32,261 bases of DNA from Chloroflexota bacterium (lineage in GTDB: Bacteria; Chloroflexota; Dehalococcoidia; Lucifugimonadales; UBA1127). The DNA is taken from positions 1 to 32,261 of the forward strand of contig JAPPNT010000168.1 in assembly GCA_028873745.1 (NCBI GenBank). Direction: 5' to 3'. Shown here one piece after another: positions 25,560 to 32,261 of the stretch (position 1 is its first letter; each line of letters begins with the position of its first letter). Below the pieces are notes generated by a model that was not told the DNA's origin, searched no databases, and saw only the letters and a program-made list of their open reading frames with translations. Made by a program: the position numbers and the translations under genes.

Positions 25560-25816
25560 CCGAACCTGTCCACATTGGGACATTCTCACCTGCAAAGTTG
25601 CCTGTAAGTGATGGAACCAAATGGCCGGAGCGCGCGTCTAATGTCGTCAACTGGCGTTCTACGTTACGCGAGGCCAACAGCTCAGCGGCATTAGCCCACT
25701 CGGCCGGGTTGCTGACGAATGCGCATTGCATAACGTACAATTGCTGGCTAGGAGTTGGACGTACGGACTCCTAACGGCCGCGTCCACCCGAAGGCACAAT
25801 ATTACAGGAGGAGTCA

Positions 25817-27619
25817 ATGACCAGTATGCGTGTGTTCCTAATCCTTGCCGCGTTGCTGTTGTCGCTCGCGGCCATCGCTGCCTGTGGCGGCGATGACGAG
25901 GAGACGACGACCGCCGAGCCCGCGGCCGCACCGACCGCGCCAGCCGTAACGGGCCAGGAGCCCACGGGCGGCGCGATCTCGTCGGACACCTCGACCGCTA
26001 TGGCTGAGCCGACGGCCGCGCCCGCGATGACCGACTCGGGATCGGGAGACGCGATGGCGATGGTCGAGCCTAAGGTGGACCGGGTGGTGTTTGCACAGCG
26101 GACGCCGGGCACCGAGGGGTGGGACCCGAACTTCGACTTCAGCTCTCCGCCCAGCGTCCAGGTTCGGGCGCTCTACGACTACCTCGTCGAGATCAACCCG
26201 ACGACGGGCGCCTTCGAGCCAATGCTCGCAACCGAGTGGAGCATCGAACCCAACGGGCTGGGCATCCGGTACAAGCTGCGCGAGGGCGTGCAGTTCCACT
26301 ACGACTGGGGCGAGTTCACCGCCAAGGACGTGGAGCACACACTCTGGAGCATGTCCCGGGAGGACTCCCTCCACAGCTCGTCCGGCATGTTCCGCACGGT
26401 CGTGGAGAACCTCGAAATCGTCAACGACCATGAGGTCGTCTTCCATCTGGCTTCGGCCAACCCGAACATCCCCAACGCCATCAGCCAACTCCAGGGCGGA
26501 TGGGAGATCAGCAGCAAGGACCATTACGACAGCGCCGGCCAGCCCACGCTGGACGAGCCGCCAACCGCCGGCACCGGCCCTTACCAGTACCAGTCCCGCG
26601 AGCAAGGCCTGCAGGCGGTCTATGAGCGCGTCCCCTTCGACCACTGGCGCATCAACGTCGACTTCCCGGAGCTTGAGCTGCGGTGGATGGACGAGGCTTC
26701 CACCCGGCTGGCGTCCCTGATCGCGGGTGAGGTGCACATCGCGCCGATCACCGCAGACCAGGAGGCTACCGCCATCTCCAACGGCATGCGCATGGTCCAG
26801 GGCAACGTGCCCGGCTTCCGCACCTTCTTCAACTTCCAGGGTTCATGGTGGACGGAGCACCGCAACCCGGAGAGCGGCCGCAAGTTCCCGGACAGCCCGC
26901 TGCTGGACCAGAACGTCCGGGCCGCCCTCAGCAAGGCCATCAACCGCGAGGAGCTGAATACGGCCTTCTTCGGCGGTGAAGCCCAGAAGGCCCACTCCGC
27001 CCACTTCCACCCCACGCGTCTCGGCTGGAACGAGGCCTGGGAGCAGAACTTCGGTGACAAGTACGACTTCGACCCGGCGGCCGCCCGCGACCTGCTGGCC
27101 GCTTCCGGGTACAACGAGAACAACCCGCTGGAGACCAACCTGCACCTGATCAACCTCACCACCTATGCAGGGTCAGAGGACCTCATCGAGTCGGTGCAGG
27201 GCTACTACCAGGACATCGGCGTGAAGGCCAACCTGGTCGTCCTTGACGCTGCGACGCGCAGCGCGCAGGCCCGGGCGCACGAATTCGACAACCACATCGG
27301 TCTCGTGTCCACGTCCTCGGACCTGCTGCTGGCGGGCCGCGTGTACATGTCCTCGCAGCACCCGACGGCGGGCAACTTCCAGGACCCGCGGATCAACGCC
27401 GAGTACGAGAAGGCGGCTTCCACCCTCGACCCGGTCGAGCAGGACACAGCCATGCGGACGATGGGAGACCTGGTCTATGAAGTCAACCAGTCAATCCCGC
27501 TGTTCTGGGTGCCCACCAAGATCGCCATCAACCCGGACATCGTCAGCGGCTACGTCTTCTCAGGGAACATCTCGGGCAACTGGACCCACTACTACAACAT
27601 CACAGCCACGCCCAAGTAG
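25817..27619 (+). CDS. ABC transporter substrate-binding lipoprotein, family 5 (peptide/nickel type)
   Basis: Lipobox LAAIAAC after a signal peptide, then an acidic low-complexity linker and a roughly 500-aa SBP_bac_5-like body. AGGAGGAG SD. Confidence 0.85.
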   Translation: MTSMRVFLILAALLLSLAAIAACGGDDEETTTAEPAAAPTAPAVTGQEPTGGAISSDTSTAMAEPTAAPAMTDSGSGDAMAMVEPKVDRVVFAQRTPGTEGWDPNFDFSSPPSVQVRALYDYLVEINPTTGAFEPMLATEWSIEPNGLGIRYKLREGVQFHYDWGEFTAKDVEHTLWSMSREDSLHSSSGMFRTVVENLEIVNDHEVVFHLASANPNIPNAISQLQGGWEISSKDHYDSAGQPTLDEPPTAGTGPYQYQSREQGLQAVYERVPFDHWRINVDFPELELRWMDEASTRLASLIAGEVHIAPITADQEATAISNGMRMVQGNVPGFRTFFNFQGSWWTEHRNPESGRKFPDSPLLDQNVRAALSKAINREELNTAFFGGEAQKAHSAHFHPTRLGWNEAWEQNFGDKYDFDPAAARDLLAASGYNENNPLETNLHLINLTTYAGSEDLIESVQGYYQDIGVKANLVVLDAATRSAQARAHEFDNHIGLVSTSSDLLLAGRVYMSSQHPTAGNFQDPRINAEYEKAASTLDPVEQDTAMRTMGDLVYEVNQSIPLFWVPTKIAINPDIVSGYVFSGNISGNWTHYYNITATPK

Positions 27620-27640
27620 ACGCTGAGATTCGGTAACTTG

Positions 27641-27677
27641 AACGCCCCCGAGGGTACGCCTCCGGGGGCGTTTCTTT
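27641..27677 (+). terminator. intrinsic terminator after the SBP gene
   Basis: AACGCCCCCG...CGGGGGCGTT 10-bp stem followed by TCTTTG. Confidence 0.55.
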
Positions 27678-27809
27678 GCGCCGTTGGCGGGCTATTCGGC
27701 GCGGAGACGCCAAGAGCCCTCGCCTCAAATTGACTGGCCTCCCCTTGCGCGTGTATGCTCGCGCGTAATTGGACGCTCAACGCGAACAGCGAACACGGAG
27801 GGGAACGCG

Positions 27810-29075
27810 ATGCTTACCAAGGAAGAAAACCGGTACATGACGGAGACCAGCCCCGGCACGCCCATGGGCGACTTCATGCGGCGCTTCTGGCACCCCGTGC
27901 TCTTGTCTGAGGAGCTGCCGGAACCGGACTGCCCGCCGAAGCGGACGAAGATCCTGAGCGAGGAACTCATCGCGTTTCGCGACACCAATGGCAATGTGGG
28001 CCTCATCGACAACTACTGCCCGCACAGGCGAGCAAGCCTGTTCTTCGGCCGGAACGAGGAAGCCGGTCTTCGCTGCGTGTACCACGGATGGAAGTTCAAC
28101 GTGAACGGGGACTGCGTCGACATGCCGTCGGAGCCGGCGGAGTCCAACTTCAAGGACAAGGTCAGAATCAAGGCGTACCCCTGCCGCGAGGGCGCCGGTA
28201 TGGTCTGGGCCTACATGGGGCCGCCGGAACTGCAGCCGGACATGCCCAAGCTCGAGTACCTGGACATGCCGGAGGACCAGTACGTTTCCACCAAGGTCAT
28301 GTACGAGTCCAACTACGTGCAGGTCATCGAGGGCGAGATCGACACGGTGCACGCGTCCATCCTGCACAGCAACCTGGACTCGCTGTCCAAATCGGACACG
28401 GCGACGACCATCGGTGGGCGCTACTCGTACCGAGACAGGCCCGCGCGTTTCTTCGTCGAGGACACGGACAGCGGCATCCTCATCGGCGCGCGTCGGAACG
28501 CGGAAGAGGACAGCTACTACTGGCGCATCTCCCGATTTCTCTACCCATACATCACCATGATCCCGCGTGAGCCCCGGGGTTCGGCGCGCTCCGGCCTCAT
28601 CGTGCCGATCGACGACGAGAACTGCTGGTTCTTCTGGGTGCGGTGGAACCCATTCCGCCCGCTGGAGGAAGAGGAAGTCCGCACCTATGAGCTCATGAAG
28701 GCCAGCCTCGCCCCCGTGACGTACCTTGGGCAGGCAAACAAGCGCAACGACTACATGATCGACCGCGAGATGCAGCGGAACGTCAACTACACGGGCATCC
28801 CGCAGAACAACGCCCGGGCGCAGGACGCCGCGATGACCGACAGCATGGGCGTCATCGTGGACCGCTCGCAAGAGCACCTCGGCACGACGGACATGGCGAT
28901 CATCCGCATGCGGCGCCGGCTGGTGCAGGGCGCGCGCGAGCTGGAGGAGGGCATCGAGCCGTACGCGGCGACCCACCCCGAGGTGTTCGCGGTGCGTTCG
29001 GGCGGCGCTGTGCTGCCTCGCGACGTGTACTTCACGGAGGACCCGTCAGTACAGGCGGACATCTTCGTGCAGTAG
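27810..29075 (+). CDS. Rieske [2Fe-2S] non-heme-iron oxygenase, alpha subunit (phthalate-family-like)
   Basis: Rieske motif CPHRRASL...CVYHGWKF and mononuclear-iron motif EGEIDTVHASILH. ATG at 27810 after ACGGAGGGG. A candidate promoter precedes it: TTGACT 27730-27735 and TATGCT 27754-27759. Confidence 0.85.
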   Translation: MLTKEENRYMTETSPGTPMGDFMRRFWHPVLLSEELPEPDCPPKRTKILSEELIAFRDTNGNVGLIDNYCPHRRASLFFGRNEEAGLRCVYHGWKFNVNGDCVDMPSEPAESNFKDKVRIKAYPCREGAGMVWAYMGPPELQPDMPKLEYLDMPEDQYVSTKVMYESNYVQVIEGEIDTVHASILHSNLDSLSKSDTATTIGGRYSYRDRPARFFVEDTDSGILIGARRNAEEDSYYWRISRFLYPYITMIPREPRGSARSGLIVPIDDENCWFFWVRWNPFRPLEEEEVRTYELMKASLAPVTYLGQANKRNDYMIDREMQRNVNYTGIPQNNARAQDAAMTDSMGVIVDRSQEHLGTTDMAIIRMRRRLVQGARELEEGIEPYAATHPEVFAVRSGGAVLPRDVYFTEDPSVQADIFVQ

Positions 29076-29098
29076 ACGCTCGGTCGACTGGAACGGGC

Positions 29099-29134
29099 GA
29101 GGCCCCGGCGTCTGTGTGGCGCCGGGGCCTCTTT
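29099..29134. terminator. hairpin terminator between the convergent Rieske gene and brnA
   Basis: GAGGCCCCGGCG-(9 nt)-CGCCGGGGCCTC, perfect 12-bp stem, followed by TTTGTG on the plus strand. Confidence 0.55.
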
Positions 29135-29168
29135 GTGTCAGCATGCTCTAACGCGCGATGCAGGATCC

Positions 29169-29558
29169 CTAGCCGGGCGGAGTGCCCTTCGTCCGCTTTC
29201 TCGAAGGGCGTGGCGACTTCTGGCGAGGTGAAGAGACCGCCTGATATTCGGCATCTTTGGAGTGAATCGCGCTTGCGGATGCCAACTGCCGGGCAACATG
29301 GTCTCTAAGGGTGGTGTTGATGGCGGTCTGGTAGCCTCGGTCCGCGGACGCATTGGCCCTGAACCATGCGACTACATCCGCGTCCAGCCGCAGGGTGATT
29401 TGTTGCTTGACCGGCCGGTAGAAGACACCACGACGCGCCCCCGACCAATCCAGCACTTCAGGGATGTCCGCCGTGTCTATCTTGTCCTCTGGCATGTTTG
29501 CCAGGGCCGCCAACTCCCGTTGAACCCTGGGCGGCAACTCAGAGGGTGCCTTCTTCAT
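29169..29558 (-). CDS. brnA: BrnA-family antitoxin
   Basis: Core ITLRLDADVVAWFRA...GYQTAINTTLRDHV is typical of BrnA. Overlaps the end of brnT. Start is ATG 29558 or 29573. Carries a roughly 40-aa basic Ser/Pro-rich C-terminal tail. Confidence 0.75.
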   Translation of the reverse strand: MKKAPSELPPRVQRELAALANMPEDKIDTADIPEVLDWSGARRGVFYRPVKQQITLRLDADVVAWFRANASADRGYQTAINTTLRDHVARQLASASAIHSKDAEYQAVSSPRQKSPRPSRKRTKGTPPG

Positions 29559-29829
29559 ACGCTCTTCTCTCATGGCTAGTGGCCTTTCTCGCGGAGATGA
29601 TTCTGCCTGTCTCCTCCTCAGCAATTGGGGAATACGCCGACCATGTGTGCACGACCAAAATCACAGCGCCGCCAATAGCTCCCAACGTATGCCAGCGGTC
29701 TTCACCATGCCGCAAGTCCTGCACTGAGAGAGCCAGTGGGTCTTCGAATACAAGTGAGGCAGACTCAAAGCTGATTCTGTGCTTTCGAAGATTGCTCCGG
29801 TTCTTGGCATCATCCCATTCCCAGCGCAA
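29539..29829 (-). CDS. brnT: BrnT-family (DUF497) toxin
   Basis: WEWDDAKNRSNLRKHRISFE N-terminus is characteristic of BrnT. TTG start after AAGGAA. Confidence 0.85.
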   Translation of the reverse strand: MRWEWDDAKNRSNLRKHRISFESASLVFEDPLALSVQDLRHGEDRWHTLGAIGGAVILVVHTWSAYSPIAEEETGRIISARKATSHERRAYEEGTL

Positions 29830-29854
29830 GGCGTGTTCCTTGTGTCACTACTAA

Positions 29855-29883
29855 AGTGTAGTTACATTTCTGTAATGTGTCAA
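29855..29883 (-). promoter_or_regulatory. candidate brnTA promoter
   Basis: Minus strand: TTGACA (29883-29878), 17-nt spacer, TACACT (29860-29855). Short inverted repeats (TTACA/TGTAA and ACTAC/GTAGT) overlap the region. Confidence 0.4.
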
Positions 29884-29967
29884 CCCTGTAAAGGAGTAAT
29901 ATCCGGGTTCTCCAGCAGATCTGGACCCTTCCATTCAATATCAAGGCATTGCCAAGAAACCGCGTTC

Positions 29968-31578
<1,611 letters not shown>

Positions 31579-31620
31579 TCCGCTAACCCCCTTGGCCGAA
31601 CTGCCTTCGGCCGGTTGCTG

Positions 31621-31883
31621 CAAACAACAAAAGACCCGCCCCAACAAGGGACGGGCTTGGAAACCCGCGGTACCACCCTTTTTCCACCGCCGGCACCTTC
31701 GCCGGGGTGACGCTCTGCAGGGCGCCATCACGCCCCTTCCCGGTAACGGCGGGAGGCCGTCGCGCCTACTGGGTGTTTCAGCGCGATGCTCAGGAGGGAT
31801 TTTCACCGGGCGCCCGCCTGTCCGCTCTCACCGTACCGGACTCGCTGGAGGCTGCCTTCCCGGCTACTCGTCTCCGTCAACGC
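31621..31883 (-). promoter_or_regulatory. T-box leader, specifier AUC (Ile), with terminator/antiterminator
   Basis: Minus strand elements:
- GA/K-turn region, with the GAGUA (AGUA) element in the specifier loop.
- AG bulge AGCGA and distal loop GGUGAGAG.
- Specifier loop UGAAA-AUC-C (AUC at 31800-31798).
- F-box CCGUUA.
- T-box AAAGGGUGGUACCGCGGG (UGGU at 31675-31672).
- Terminator GCCCGUCCC-UUGUU-GGGGCGGGU followed by CUUUUGUUGUUU (31656-31621). Confidence 0.8.
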
Positions 31884-31946
31884 ACGGTACAGGCTAGCAT
31901 GGCGGCGCGGGGAGGGTCAAGACGGCGGGGGATGGGGGGCCTAGGC

Positions 31947-32030
31947 ACCGGCTTGCGCCGGTGAAACGGAGGGGCGGGTTGGGTTTGTCGGGGTTCCTGC
32001 CTGCGCAGGACCCTTCGACAGGCTCAGGGC
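31947..32030. repeat. REP-like hairpin repeat modules (copy 2, opposite module order)
   Basis: ACCGGCTTGCGCCGGTGAAACGG (31947-31969), a further hairpin CCTGCCTGCGCAGG (about 31996-32009), and CCCTTCGACAGGCTCAGGGC (32011-32030). Confidence 0.55.
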
Positions 32031-32062
32031 AATCGGGGGGGAGGGGAGGGGCGACGGGGGCT

Positions 32063-32260
32063 CTAGTCATTGGGGCGTGCGGTGCGGGTGTGGGACCAGC
32101 CGCTCCAGCCGTTGGCGTTCTTGGCCCGGACTTCAATTTCGTACAGCGTGCCACCGGTGAGGTTAGTTCTCGTGTAACTCCTGGGATTCTCGCAACTATT
32201 GATTCCGCAGATGAACCGGGTTGCGCGCGGGAAGAGCTCGGAGCTCTCAGTCCAGGCGGT
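32063..32260 (-). CDS. 3' end of a fibronectin type III domain protein (partial, runs off the window)
   Basis: Minus-strand frame is open from the window edge to TAG (32065-32063). The translation ...NLTGGTLYEIEVRAKNANGWSGWSHTRTARPND has the FN3 C-terminal strand pattern. It is absent from the ORF track because no start codon lies in the window. Confidence 0.6.
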   Translation of the reverse strand, partial: TAWTESSELFPRATRFICGINSCENPRSYTRTNLTGGTLYEIEVRAKNANGWSGWSHTRTARPND

Positions 32261-32261
32261 G

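Noticed and set aside
25393-25740. 115-aa minus-strand ORF in the PDZ-SBP intergenic region.
   Set aside because: It reads through the PDZ terminator hairpin and into the PDZ coding region on the opposite strand. It has no SD, and its C-terminal half is Arg/Ser/Pro junk.

Overview
High-GC bacterial chromosomal window of about 32 kb, coding on both strands and mostly housekeeping or accessory metabolism. T-box use, FabL, hairpin repeats and an apparent selenoprotein loosely suggest a Chloroflexota-like lineage; that is a low-confidence guess.

Gene content, left to right:
- radC, then an MFS / alpha-beta hydrolase / oxidoreductase cluster.
- A thioredoxin-like NHL-repeat gene split by an in-frame TGA.
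- vapBC, iscA-like and ygfZ-like genes, and a lone molybdopterin hydroxylase large subunit.
- A minus-strand lipid cluster: cmk-plsC-MFS-plsX-fabG-fabL.
- The gcvT-gcvH-gcvPA-gcvPB operon, followed by tRNA-Gly(CCC).
- An APS-reductase-type cysH, a JAB/MPN protein and a tandem-PDZ exported protein.
- An orphan family-5 ABC substrate-binding protein, a Rieske oxygenase and brnTA.
- A citramalate synthase and the 3' end of an FN3-domain gene.

Findings most worth follow-up:
1. The TGA at 5553-5555 sits at the first Cys of the redox CxxC. It reads U-V-N-C and has a SECIS-like hairpin 18 nt downstream, so this is probably one selenoprotein rather than two ORFs.
2. The cysH leader holds a small ORF with six Cys codons in seven, an intrinsic terminator, and an 11-nt perfect antiterminator complement inside the ORF. 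This fits a Cys-sensing translational attenuator.
3. The 612-aa ORF over cimA is an artefact. Its 5' part is a full T-box leader with an AUC (Ile) specifier.

No CRISPR array, rRNA or transposase was seen. Many long overlapping ORFs in the six-frame track are high-GC artefacts.
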